Assembly (NCBI GenBank): GCA_012295275.1
Contig: CM022670.1
Span: 29,636,001 to 29,700,000 of the forward strand
Reading direction: 5' to 3'
Length of the DNA: 64,000 nt
Source: Chrysomallon squamiferum
Lineage: Eukaryota > Animalia > Mollusca
Below, one piece after another: positions 23,824 to 38,202 of the stretch; within the stretch, counting starts at the first letter, position 1, and each line of letters starts with the position of its first letter. Made by a program: the position numbers and the translations under genes. The notes beneath the pieces are model-generated. The model saw nothing but the letters and a program-made list of their open reading frames with translations, searched no databases and had not been told where the DNA came from.

Positions 23824-25599
23824 GTTGACGATGCTTGAATTTGCGATCTAAAGAAAGAATAATATGTTGTTATTTCGTATATCTGAAGAGGTGTATGGAT
23901 GGTTTAATATATGTGTGTTTTTTTGTAAGTGATCATTTGTATGTTTACATATACTTACCTCGGAAACGTAAATAGAATATGTTTATTTAAAACACATATA
24001 ATTATTTTTTATACAGAATAAAGTTAAACTCGTAAGTCATTATTCTAGCAAAATATTTGTTTGAATGAATGTAAATAACTATCGTAAACCATAGCAAAAC
24101 GCAGATCGAAACTAAAGAGGCATATCATAAACTGATGTGAAATTTCTTCAGGTGACTTCTTTTGCAATTATTATTTATTTTTCCAATTCAGTGACTGTAG
24201 CAAGAGGAAAATGAATGCGTTTGGTCATTTCTTTGTTCAAGAATAGGATCTCTACGGTACAATTTGCGTGTTCATAATTTCCTTTTTCCCAAAATAAATA
24301 AAAATTAAAAGAAAGATTGAAAGAAATCGTTATCGAGATAATGAAGCCTGCAAAGGATTTTATTCACTGAATTTCAAAAAGTAAACCCTTTTGTTTCCCA
24401 AATCAAGACAGACATAATTATATTTACATCGTCAAATGATCTTATACATACATACATACATACATATGTACATACATGCGTATAAACACACTCACATACA
24501 TAGATACATGTATATATATAGGAAAAATATGCAATAAACAGTAGCACAGACAGAAATACACAGACACATTCGCACATACATAACATGTATAAATCATCTG
24601 ATCTATTGATGTAGTGTTATTTTGTTAAATATTGATTGATCTATTCACATTCAGTGGTGAATATCTTCGTCTTCATACTGATTATAAATATTTGTATAAC
24701 TTATTAATGCTGCAGTAATGTAATAGATTTTCTTCGTTCATAAAGCTTATTCAGAAGGACATATATGAAAATAGTTTCTCGCTGGACATAAAAGAAAACG
24801 CAACGATTTCACGACCACAGCTCAGTCTGTATGTCCTATGTGTTTGTGTGAAAATGTTTGTCTAAACTATTATCTTGGTTGGTTTATTCCAGCCAGTATG
24901 AATATATGAATTACTTGTTGAAATACTGACTATAAATCACTGCTTACAACGGTATCCTTTGCTTGATGTGTTAGACGTATGTAGTTAACAACAGCTGATT
25001 TCCGCTAAATTTAACAGACCTGTTAGACAAGCTGAGATCAAACTTTTTTTTTTTTTAATTACTCTGCTATCAAACGTTAAACCGCACCACGGGTTCAAGA
25101 TTTTACATTTTACATTTCATGCAGTGCGTTGAGAGATGTCTATCAAAGAATTAAGGAAGAGACAGGTTCAGTGGATCGGAAACTTCACAGTTGTTTTGAA
25201 ATACTCGTGCATTCTGTAAACAGGTTGTGTTGAGATATTCGGATGTTCTGTAGACTGCCTAATTTCAAACATTACCCTTGCTTATACACGCCTTTTCTAT
25301 TTTCTTTTCTTTTTATCATTTACTTTTTTTCTTCATTATTATTATTATTTTCTTTATTCGTTTATAGTTTATGATATTTTTTAAATTGTTCATTTCATTT
25401 GTAGATTTTTAAATATTTTTTTATTGACAATGTGTGATAAAAAAAAAAAATTAAAAAAAATAAAATAAAAAAAGGCATATATTCCTGAATAAATTGTCTA
25501 GGCTCAGTGATTTAATACCTTTAAAGATAAATGTAAATTTTAGATATGCATGTATGTAGTTTTAAGATTTTGAATATTCTCTGTCTTTTGTACGTCTGA

Positions 25600-25740
25600 A
25601 TAGACTCTGCACACAGTCAATACTCGGGAACGCGCTGCAGCAGGAGGACAAAGTCCAGTCACGACCTCACAAACACGTCAGATGCCGCTGACGAGACTCG
25701 AACGTATGGCACCCATTCGCCCGCACTAGAAGGCTGACGA
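25600..25740 (-). mobile_element. Possible tRNA-headed SINE fragment
   Basis: GC-rich island; minus strand contains B-box-like GTTCGAGTC but no cloverleaf. Confidence 0.35.
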
Positions 25741-27794
25741 TGTTTTTTTTTGTTTTTTTTTTGTATTTTTCCATTTATTGATGACAAAATAGGAATGTCT
25801 CCACAAAATAATATTGTGTTGGTATTACAAACTATACTAACTCTACATGGACGATGTTTTCTGAGTACTAAGATGGACAAGTAATCATGCTATTTTCATG
25901 ACATTTATCATGAGTTGATGCTGTCATCGTGAGCTGATAAATTTATGAAATAACAAACAATGTCAATATTTATCAGAAAGTGATGTTGAAACAATAAACC
26001 ATTTATCTGTATTCATGTAATAATGTACTATTTTCTTACCAGAAGGTTTGGTTAAAGTCAGGAACTGAAGCAAGATTTTAAAAAACTCCACATCCCCCCC
26101 ACGAAACAAAATATTTTCCTGGTGTATTCATGAAATAACAAATAATCATTCTCTTTTTAAGACATTTATCAAAATATGGTAATAAAATCATGAACGTTAT
26201 GTTTTTTTTTTTTAATGAAATAATGATACTACTTTCCAAACATTTACCAGCATATGATGTTGAATTCACAAAGTGATGTATTCATGAAATAACACAATAA
26301 TAAACTATAAACTACTACTTTTTTTTTTCAAACAGGGAAGTCAGTATCCAAGCACTAATAGTAAATTTACATTAAATGGACATTTCAATAATTTGTATGA
26401 TACATGTAGGACAAATGTATGTAAATTTGGACATTACACTGAAAAATCTGAAGTAATAAAAATGTATCCTTCCCATTAATAATTAAAAAAAAAGATAAAA
26501 AGAATATTTATAACAGAAAATCGGAATTTAGAAATAAAAAAAAACATAATTACAATGATTTGTTTTTTACACTTTAATTCTATTTAAAATAATTAATGAA
26601 ACAATTTAACTTAAATAATTATCTATAATTCTTTATTTTTAATTCAGTTATTATTAATAATAATAATAATAATAAATATTTTCCTAATTCCCCAAAATAA
26701 ACCACAAACTCACCCACCCTGAACAAACAGAAAGAATAATAAATACAATATTCTGAGCAATAAATTTCACAACCTTTCAGAGGAAAAAAAATCTGCAATA
26801 CAAAATGTTTACTGAATAAAATTAAAATATAAAAACCTGACGTTTATGGTTTTGCTTGCTGTTTTACATCTTACAGAAATGCCTGTTTATTTAGTTGTTT
26901 AATACTGTGCCATTTTCAATGCCTTACCAAAAATAATGTCGTTTTTAATTATACTTTGTTCTGTGCTGTCATTCTTACCGTTCGGCCACCGAGACAGTCT
27001 TAAAAAAAGTTGCTCAGTAACCGAGTTAATCATCGCTTCCCACGAAGCACGCCGTTCTTTGTCTTTCGTCATTTTTGCGTGCATCTGTTTTTGTGGGAAA
27101 CCTGGCACTGGCAAGTATTTGTGTATGTATGTATGTAGTGTGTTTGTGTATCTATAGACAGGTGTATGTGTATATTTTTATGCTAAGTGACTAAGTATGT
27201 CATCTGTTTCTCCGTATGTATACGTCCGTCTGTCTATATGTAGGTATTTTAAAAACAGTCTCAAAAATCTCAATATCAATATTCTCACAAAGAAAGTTCA
27301 TTTAGTCAAACAATATATATTAGTAAAATAATACGTTTCTTCACGTCAAAAAGCGAGTGACATACATATCAGAATTTCATATCAAGCAGATCCGAGGACA
27401 GACACATGGTTCCTCTGCACTCCTGTTAAAGTGTACATGTCGCGGTACAAATGAAACGTCTAGAAATGTTTGTTTTTTTTGTTGTTTTTTATTAAACTTT
27501 CAAATTATTTGTTTTTCGTTTGGTTTAAACGACCTGTTATTGTTAATAATAAATAAAACCAGATTTTTAATAAAACGTTTGTTTGTCTCACCAAAGATAT
27601 TTTAAAAAGTAGCAGTTAAAACCACGTGACGTGAAGCGAGGCGATAGATTACATGAGTATAAATTGATCATACCTTGTCTATCAATATATATGCTGAAAA
27701 CATGTATGGTTTATTTAGGTTTATCACTGAGGCTCACTAAGAAAGATCAATGTACTGATATGTAATAATATAAGTGATAATATCGCTTTTGTTG

Positions 27795-27837
<43 letters not shown>

Positions 27838-28715
27838 TATTACTGATGTTGTTGTTGTTGCCGTTGTTGTTACTGCTGTTTTTGTTTTTGTTATTATAAT
27901 CATTTTCATAATTATCTTTTATCCTTTCTTAATTATTATTATACACAAATACATTCTGACAAATTCACGACCACACTCACATCCACAAACACATAGACAA
28001 AAATCGAATTTTCAAATTTTGACCTTGGTTTCTGCTGTTGAAACGGTACGCCACAAAACAAATCTATATATCTGCTTTATTGTATACCTGAAGTATGATA
28101 ATTACCGTAGAGTGAAAACTGAGAAAACTGCTGAAAAACACTGTTATTAATGCACAGTACTCAGGCTTAAGACTGTGAGGTTACTCACTGATATTAAATA
28201 CGTAGTAGTGCTTAAAATGAACAGGTATACTGATAATTAACACAAGTAAAGTGTATGAAGCTCCCTGTTTAATATATTGTAACAGTGTACAAAACAGGTC
28301 ATCATAGAATGTTTTAAAAATGTATTAGAATCAGTGTTTACGTCTAATAAGTTTATATCCATAAATCATATTATTTCTATAAGCTAAGCACTTCCTACCA
28401 TTGTTTTTTCTTTCAGTGATGAGGAGAGACATTGTTTGCTTACATAGGTGAAGATAGTCAGAGGGAAACTAAATATCTCTACTCATTTACCATGTTTTCT
28501 TCTTTTTCTAACTTATTACACTGGAATTTGTTGATGTACAAACAATCTTGTTTCTTATACATAGAGCTAGTATCCATTACCCGTTTTCCTATATCATATA
28601 ATTACATACTGCAACTTCATTATTGTTTACAAAGGAGCACATAAAGAATGAAATACAGGGTGGATAAAATATTATAAAGTAATTAAATACATGTATGTCG
28701 AAATAGTTATATTTA

Positions 28716-28759
<44 letters not shown>

Positions 28760-30010
28760 ATAATAATAATAATAATAATCATGATCATCATCCAAATTTT
28801 ATGTTGAATTTTGGGCAGATTTGACACGAATGAATGTCAAACAACTTTTATATCAATACTTATTAGATGTCGGTCATACTTTTATTGTATAGTCATTGTT
28901 TAAGAAAGAAACCCTGCAAATTCAAGCACTGACACAACTCACGATAACACACACATAATAATATACAGACACGAGAAACATACACACAAAATAAATAAAC
29001 ATCTGAAATGTCTTATAATATTTCATTTGTTTACCTTATTTTCATTCGCGTATTTTATTACAGTTCTGTAGTGACAGAATAAATTCCAGGATAACTTAGA
29101 GCTTGATGTCTTTATTTCATCACCATCTCAAAACATATTCAGCAAATAATAATGTTTACTCTTCTCAGAACTGAGCAAGGGTAAGATTTTGCTCGCTTAT
29201 TGCCTACGTCCACAAAACACTTTGTTTAACTACATTAATAAGATATTTGCTTCTACAAAGCATCCACTAATTGTTGCTCAGATACCATACACTCGAAGAA
29301 TGATGAGGTGTCAGATAACTAAAATCCGTGTTTTCAAAAATTAATTGTGAAAATGATATCTGTTTGTTCTTCAAGATAAACGTAAACATATGTATACACA
29401 CACAAACACACAATAAACGTTAATTAAATCAAATTTGATAGACAGACAGACAGACAGATAAACAGAAGTAGAGAGCTAGACCGACAAATAATGGAACGGA
29501 CAGACTGATGGATGGAAGGATGAGTAGTTGGTGGTAAGGTAAGTAGATAAACAGGCAGTATAAACTAATTTCTGTCATGTGCTGTTATCACTGCAGTATA
29601 TTCCACGAATAAAGATGTAACGCAGTCAGCGCTTACAGAGATGGAGGGAGAGAGGTAAAGAGAGGGAACACGCACACACACAAACGTCCTTGTATAAACG
29701 ATAGTAACTGTTTAATGTCAGAGTTCAACGAGATGTAAGGGAAGTAAATAGCTATGTCAAACGTTCACTATCTGCTACTAATGAAACCAAGCAAGCGGCA
29801 AAAGAAAAACCATAAACCGAATATTGTTTTATTTTGTATTATAGAAAAATCACGGTTCTATAAACTGCTTTACGAAAATAGATGTATTGCTTTACGGTTA
29901 CTTCATATTATAAGTTTCTGACATTTAATCTTACAGTATCGCGACAAAATTATTTGACCTATTGACGAGATGCATTTAAAAGATTTCCATTGGACTGGCC
30001 TCCTAATGTT

Positions 30011-30092
30011 TCAAAGGTTGTGGTATGTGCTTTGCTGTTTTGGGAATGTACATTTGAAAGATCCCTTGCTGACGTTTCGTTTGAATAGCTCG
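30011..30092 (+). mobile_element. SINE core fragment (Meta/MESC-like)
   Basis: caaaggttgtggtatgtgctttgctgttttgggaatgtacatttgaaagatcccttgctg; reverse-complement similarity to 45981-46030. Confidence 0.55.
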
Positions 30093-30942
30093 AGGATAGA
30101 TATTATCCACCAGAGCATTATTAAACACGTGGTAACGCAAAATATTCTTTATCAGAAAATCTTGAGCATCAAGGTTAGACTATGCGGCTTCGCTTCGTCC
30201 TGTGACAGACAGGCTCAAATCCGTGTGGTATTAATGTAAGTGTAAGAACAGAAGAATTTTGACATTTACCAACAGGTCTGTCTTCCACTTGTTATAGCAA
30301 TTCGTGTAATTTTGCTTATCTTAGCTTTGTATATAAGTTGGCGGTGTTAAATGCCTGCATGATTTATTTAGCTTAGCGTCTGAGAGTAATCAAAGTCTTG
30401 ACATGTGCAAAAATACAAGAGATAATGTCAGCGGTTTGTTTAGAATACAACGTTGGCAGTAATCCACAGATGTCACTACTTCAGCTACTACTACAGTTAT
30501 CATGAGCGCCGACGTCACCATTATTATTATGCTTATTTCTTTATTTATTTATTTGTTTGTTTTTCTGTGTTTTTGTTTGTTTATTATTTCTTTCTTTCTT
30601 TCTTTCTTTATTTATTATGGCTGAAAGTCTTATTGTTGCGGCAGCATTTTCAATCACAGTAAAATGTTAATGTATTAGATTTACCTTCAGTCATTTGTCG
30701 TTCATACGTACTTTCTGACCTCTAAATAAGAATTTAATAAATAACATGACATGATATCAACATACAAACTTAATGAAACTTTTCCAAGCATTTAAATTAA
30801 TTATGACTTTCATTTAATTTAATTAACATGACAGCTCATAACCCTGATTTGAAAAAAAAAATAAATAAAAGGATACAAAAAAATAGAATTCCTAAAGTTT
30901 TGGCTTAACAAAATGAAGTACTGATTTGAAAAAAAAAAAAAA

Positions 30943-30981
<39 letters not shown>

Positions 30982-33715
30982 TAAAAAAACGATATAGAGA
31001 AAGAATAAATAAGCATATTAGCTTTAAATATCCTTTAGCAAAATTATCTAAAGTCAAGAAAAGTAATGACGGAAACAGAATAGAAATGCCCTTGGAGAAA
31101 ACGTCATGAGGAAATCCCGTTACTTTTCTCTGACACTTGAAACCTAACTTTTCACTGGCTATGTCTCAGCTGGTGTACAATCCACATATCTGATTGCTTC
31201 TTTATTACTTCTTATTACTCGTTTATTATTTATGATTACAGAACGGTCAACAGTTTTTGTTTCACTACGACAACGAAAAGCTTGTACTAAACGAAATATT
31301 AATTTTTTTATGCGATATGACCGTGACTGTCGTACTAACAGTGTTTTGGTTTTTAAATTAGTCATTAATAAACATACCCAAAGCATATTAGGTAAATAAT
31401 TTTAAAAAGTCACTTTGTTTACCGTTAAATTGGAGATCCACAGTTAAGATAAAAAATAAATAAATAAAAAATGATAAGTGTGAATAATAAAAATATATTA
31501 TTAAAAGGCGACTATAAAATTATTGCTGTTGTTTTGTTTTACCAATTTTATTAAAAGATTTTCATGGTTACATTATTTCTCCCCCTTTCATTTTCTAAAC
31601 ACCTCTTGCCTTAAATAAATGTAAAACTATGAAGGTATATATATATATACCTTCATAGTTACAAGTGAATTTTCAGTCTCATTTCTATTTTAATATTATT
31701 CAAATTTTATATATTAGCATATACATCAGCATAAAAATTGTTATTGAGACCATCATGACATAAAATATGACAAACCAGGTATTTAGAGGTATTCAGTCCA
31801 AAAATGAAATCAGTGTAGGTTTATCTTACATCTTCTTTAATATTAGTTACTGACTGCGACAAAACTGCTGTATTTCTAACAAATACCATTTTAGATTTTC
31901 ATGTCTTTTTGTTTGTTATTTTCCATCCATTTATATTCCAAGATATCCAAATCTAACGAAAGTTTTCGTCAGCGTTGAAGAACAAACACAAGTCAGAAAA
32001 AAACAATATGAATTTCCTAAAAGGTTGTTGAGAAGAGAAATTTCTATTTTATAATTCGATATTATTTGTCAGTTGTTTGGATGTATGTCACGATGGTATG
32101 ATTTAGAACACGTTTGTCAGTGATAAAGTGAAATAATTTAAACTAGTGTGTACAAGGAGCATTGCACAAAGAAGAAGAAGAAAAAAAGAAATAAAAGTTT
32201 TACTTGACTATTTGTAATCGTCGATTACATGGAGTTATGCAGCTGGTTAAAGATCACACAAACAGACAGACTGAAACAGTCCGCCAACTCTTTTTCGACT
32301 AGTAGCAAGAAATCTTTATACATACACAAAACTCATACTTTAATAAACCACTGGCTCAACACAAAACAGAGCGCGGTAAGAAGGAGTGTTCCTACTACCA
32401 ATCACTCTAGCTACCGAGTACAGCCAGACAAAGCAAGCAAACAAAACAAATTATATTATTTATATTAATGTTAATTATAATAATTAAATTCCATTCACTT
32501 CTAGGTATAAGAAATATATAAACTGAAAAAAAAAAACAAAAAAAAACGAGGTAACGAAAGAAAGAAAAATACGAAAGAAAGAACTAAAGAAAGAAAAGAA
32601 AATGGAAACGAGGATTGAAAGATGCATGAATGAAAGAAGGGCTGGATGGATAAACCAGTAAATAAAGTTTTGGATGAAAGGATGAATAAATAAGGGGCAG
32701 AGGGTCTGATGGATGGAGGGAATCAAACAAAGACAAAATATCGATATTATAATGTTTGTAACGATTAATAAAAACCAGTAAAGTCTAAACAATGATTTAA
32801 AAATATCTGTTGTGAAAAACTGGATCTGTTTAAAATAATACTTTTTGTTACTAGTAACCATGCTAGAAATAATGTACCTATCCACTGATTTGAAAAGGCA
32901 TAATTTACATCTATTTCGAAAGCAGTGAGCTTCTTATTGGCTGTCGAAATTATGATTGGAGTAAAAATAATGAAGCAAACGAACAATTATAATAATTAAG
33001 AAAAAGAAGGAGAGACTAAAAAAATCATATAAAAAGATGAAATGTACGGAAGAAAATAGAAAGGATGAAGACAGAGTAGTTAAGAAAAAAGAAAACTAAA
33101 GATCAACCTAGAAATAAAAATAAAAATAATGATAATAATGAAAGAAAAAAGGCCGAAAAAAGTAAAAAAGTAAAGAAAGTAAAACAAAGGACAAAAAGAA
33201 AAACCTGTAGATAAAGAAAGGATGAAAGAAAAAATCCAAAAGAAAGTAAATAATGAAAAAAAAAGAAGAAAAAAGAAAAGAAAAAAGAAAGGAGTAAAAG
33301 GAAATGACGAAACAAATAATGTAATAGTTTTGAAGTATTTACGTCAAACATTTCGTCGTAATATATTGCTGAAAGGCATCATTTGTTGAAACAACGTATA
33401 TGGCTTCAATACTGCTTCATTTTAGGTCCACAATTTTGCGATTTTCTATAAAAAAAGATGTTACAAAGACAAAGAAACTGGAGCGAACGAGGCATCGAGC
33501 TTAATTGTTACTAATGTAGGTGGAGAGCTGAGATTGACAACATTAATTACCATACAGTGTGAAACAAAAAGTGGATTAAAACTTACTGTTTCTGAAAAGC
33601 AAGAATTAATGTTAAAAAATGAGATGAAATGTCTGGATCAAAGATAATTGCTAAGCAACTGTTGTCTAGCTGTTGAGGATGTTGAAAATAAACGATCTTT
33701 TCTGCTCGAAAAAAT

Positions 33716-34258
33716 TGGTATGTTCCCAAAACTGGCAGTCTCCAGATTTGGTAAGCGACGTGGTGTTCTAATCCGCTTCCCAGAAATGGGAAAACTGGCG
33801 TGAGCAATTAAGGCCAATTTAGACGTATGGGGATAACAAGATGTGTGAAGAACAGAGGGGGCGATTAACGAGATTAACCTTAATGAGCAGTGAAGAGCAG
33901 AAGTGAGCCGGAATAGAGATTGGAAGAAAATTAATGTTTGGAGACATGAAATTAATGTTATATCTCAGTCAAATCTGGAGACAGGAAATACTACCAATTT
34001 AGATGTGTGGGGTTAACGAGATCAGTTAAGAGGTATATTTCAGCTTGCGGTGGAGTGCTTTCTGGGACATTTCGTGTGTAAAGTGTGACTGAATGTGCTT
34101 TCAAATTGTGGACAAAATACTGTTTAACAAAAGTACACCAGTTAAGGTGACGGAACACCAATTAGTAAGGGTGAGCAATACACTGCCAGAAATGGAACAA
34201 CTGGCGTGTCCAGTTAAGATGTGTTATATTCTCACTGCCAGATTCGGGAATAAACAAT
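33716..34258 (+). mobile_element. Non-autonomous Mutator-like (MULE) element, copy 1
   Basis: Imperfect TIRs (tggtatgttcccaaaactggcagt versus reverse complement tgtttattcccgaatctggcagt); high similarity to 38848-39746. Confidence 0.65.
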
Positions 34259-34578
34259 AAAAAAATGACCATCAAAGTGCGCGGTCGTTCTTTTTCTTAT
34301 TTATTTTATTTATATTTATTTTATTTTATTTTTTGCTTTTCTTTCTTTCTTTTAATTATTTTGTTTAACCTTTTTTTTTAAATATTATTACGATTAGTTC
34401 AACAAGTAAACATGGAACCAATAAAAATTGAAGATGTTGTTTAATAAATAAATAATAATTTTGTAAATAATAATGATGATGATGATGATATTTTTAATGA
34501 TGACGATGGTGATGATGATTATAGATACAGACAATTGATTAAAAACAATTTTATATTACTATATAAGCATCCCTCGCG

Positions 34579-34711
34579 TTCTCTTTTTAAGTCTGCGACG
34601 GACACGCCCGCTGACCTGTCAGAAAGCTGCCCGTCGCAGACGTGCTTCACAACAGCTTGCTCTGATTAGCACGTTAATTTTTTTCGATTCGATTCGATTC
34701 TCTTTTTAAGT
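34579..34711 (+). mobile_element. 5'-truncated retroposon (SINE/LINE 3' end) with 14-bp target-site duplication
   Basis: ttctctttttaagt at 34579-34592 and 34698-34711 flanks a GC-rich hairpin and a (TTCGA)3 tail. Confidence 0.65.
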
Positions 34712-36017
34712 TTGTTCATGTTTATATGTTCATAAAACATAGGCACACACACACACACAGCTCACTGAATAGCTTATACCTAGATTTTGCTTCATTGAAT
34801 TGTGATACTAAAGACTTTGATTATTTGGTCAAAGTAATTACATACTGTCTGCCACAGTAGCAGGTGAAACAATATTCATCTTACCAGAAATCCTCAAAGC
34901 CTTATTTTCATCGAGTGAAGCAGATTGGTTCTACAGAATAGCTTCTACAGTCTCTCATAAAGCGAGCGGAATGCATGCAACGACAGTACATACATGTTTT
35001 ATACTCGAAGACACAAAAATAACAGCCGAAAGGTTAAATATGTTGTTTGTTAGGGGCGCATCTTCAAAGCACATCAACACATAATGTCTTTATCCCTTTC
35101 CTGAAACAATACATTTTCTTCTTCTTCTTCTTCTTGTTTTGTTGTTGTCGTTGTTGTTGTTTTTGTGGTGGTGGTATTATTAACAAACAAAACTGGCTGC
35201 ATTAACAATTAGCTGTTCGTCTTTTTGAACATTTCTCTTCTGTTAACTATAGAATGATAGCGAGGGAAAAAATATACGTTACTTAGTCTGCTTATGTATG
35301 TTTGTGTATATGTGAGTATGTCGGTGTGTGTGTGCGTGTGTGTGTGTGTAAAACATTTATTTAGGCATTCGAATGCTAATCGTTTTATCTGAGAAAACAA
35401 TTCAAATTTTTAATCCAAGTTATTAATTTGACGAAGAAAATGAAACGATCTTTAATAAACGATTACTGATGGAACAACCGATATTAATACAACATAACTG
35501 TCTTCGGAAATATACCCTGTGTTAACTAACAATCTAGATATATTTATCTATCTCTCTAGTTTTGTACATACTACATGATCAGACACATTGGTTAGTATTT
35601 ATCACTTGCCTCAGATTTACCATATTTCTCTTGAGACGTGCTCTTTGTTTGAAAACTGAATATAAATACACCATTTAACATTGTTTCAGTTTATACTTAT
35701 TTAACCATTGGAGATTTAAAGTACACCGCAGCGAGAAACTAAAAACAGTAGTTACCGAACTCTTTGTTGAAGATATAAATATGCATGTGAAATGAAATGG
35801 ATGGTTGCAGAGCAAACCTTATTTTGTACCCAAGAAGTACTAGTGTGTAACAATGACATAATATTAACTGTTTAATTAAATAGCAAACCTATAATAAAAT
35901 TATTTCGGGAAACAGAAATAAATATAGACATAAAAACATACCTACATGCATATCTACGTACCTACATGCATACAAGCATATGCTAATACATTTATACGTA
36001 ATTACATGTATAAAACT

Positions 36018-36054
<37 letters not shown>

Positions 36055-38164
36055 CGTAACATACATAAATATACTCACGAATACACATACATATACGCAC
36101 GTTCATATATACAAATACACATAAGAGAATGACAGACAAACATACATATACTCATTCAAACACACACACACACACAAACACACTCTGAAATTGACAGGCA
36201 AACTGAAGAAAAGTACTATCATGTGCTCTTACAAAGCTATATCATTATTAAATGTGTTTCCAAATAGCATTTGCTCTGCATTCAAGCGAGTCTGATGGTG
36301 TAAACATGAAAGAACAAATGAAAATAATTTCGTCTGAAATTCGTCATTGAAATATAAAAGAATCAATATTAGGGTTAGGTATAATGTTACTAGTATGTAA
36401 CAGTGTACTTGTAATGCAGTCTGTTTTCCTTTTTCTATTTTTTCTTCTTTTTTCAATTTTGATTGTACTCAGTATAATTATGCAATGTAATAGCTTTTCT
36501 TTCGGCATTTCTTAATTTTTATTTTATATTATTGATAGTTACTTTGTACATAATAGGATTATATATGTAATCTAATCAGATTTTTGATAAAATTTTATTT
36601 TACTATTTTTATTTATTTATTTTCAATTATATATTTTTCAGTCTATATTTCTGATAGTTAAATTATAAGCATGCAGGATTTTATAATGTAATCTCTTTTT
36701 CTTCTTTTTTACATATTACCAAGGTATTTGTTAAACAACACTAAAAAGATAGTCTGTTATACTCACAGTAGTATTTGAAAGACCTTCAGAAAGAAATTAC
36801 CATCTTTTAATATTAACTTAACCAACAAACAAAAAAACAAATAAACAAACAAATATTTTAAATTACAGTTGCAACCGTTTCTTACACAAAACAAAGAAAA
36901 GTAAGACTCTGTAATAAATTCCAATAAACGTTTACGTAAAAATTTTGTTTACTCTAACAGAAAATTCTAAACTACAACAAGAATAACGGGAAAAAAAAGT
37001 ACCTTGTCTTTTCAGTAGCAGGTAAACCACACACAGAACACATCTGTATCGAGCGATCTCCTCTTGTTTTTGCTAAGCTATATTTTGAGTCACTTTGAAT
37101 GTGTTAATGAACATATTCTTGAACTGAGATAGTGTCTGTGTAGTTTTACGATGTTTTATCTGAGATAACGTACCTGTCAGTAGTACTATATGTTTCAGAA
37201 TAATCAATTAATCAATGATAAACCAATTAACCGTTTCAAATAAGCTTAGAGCCCTTGAAGATTTGAATGCGTCAGTGTTGGACACACGACATTCATTTAC
37301 GTGTCTCTTTTCAAATGTTTCAATTTACCAATCATTTCAAATCTGCTTGTATAAATGAAAATTTTGGCACATATAACCCGATATATATATATATAGCTAC
37401 GTTATAATTATTGCTATGATTGTTGTTTCGACAACAAAAGCAACAAAAAAGAGACAAAAAACCAAAAATAAAAAACAATTTAATCCTTCATTGATTACCA
37501 ACGAGATATGAAATGATATATTTTGATATCTGCCCTAAATATAAATTTGTAAAATAAATACATAAAATTACATAAATATCACATTATTTATGGACAAAAC
37601 GTATACGATCACAAGCATATAATTCCTCTTTAATATGATCAAAATGTAGCCTAAATCTAAAACAAGTAATCTATTCAGCATAATTAAACATGTCACATCT
37701 TGTTTATTATGTGTACCATGGCGTAAATTTAAGTGAAGATAAATAATAGAGACGTTTCTCCTTTGTCATATTGTCACGATTTATATTGCATCATGTAAGT
37801 AAATGAAAATGATGCTTTTATTTTGTTTTGTATTATTATTTTGTTGTCTTGTTATTAACTGCAGTTTATATGTATAATAACATACTACTGAAGTAAATAC
37901 GTACGCAGGCTCGTATGTATTAATTTGTGTTTGTTTCTCTCTCGAACTTTCCTCCACTTATTTTCTGTTTTCTGCAGGGGGTGATCTCTTATTATATATA
38001 TATTTATTTCCAGCTTGCTTCAGTTTGTCAGAGAAAACAAACTAACCTGATTACATTTATGTAACTATTGCAGTGTATATTTACATAGCATTCGTCTGTC
38101 ATCACTGCCCTATTCAACGTAAACAGTTAGCAGACACACACACACAAACACACACTCACACACA

Positions 38165-38202
<38 letters not shown>

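Noticed and set aside
25660-25740. tRNA gene
   Set aside because: Only a B-box-like motif; no acceptor stem or cloverleaf.
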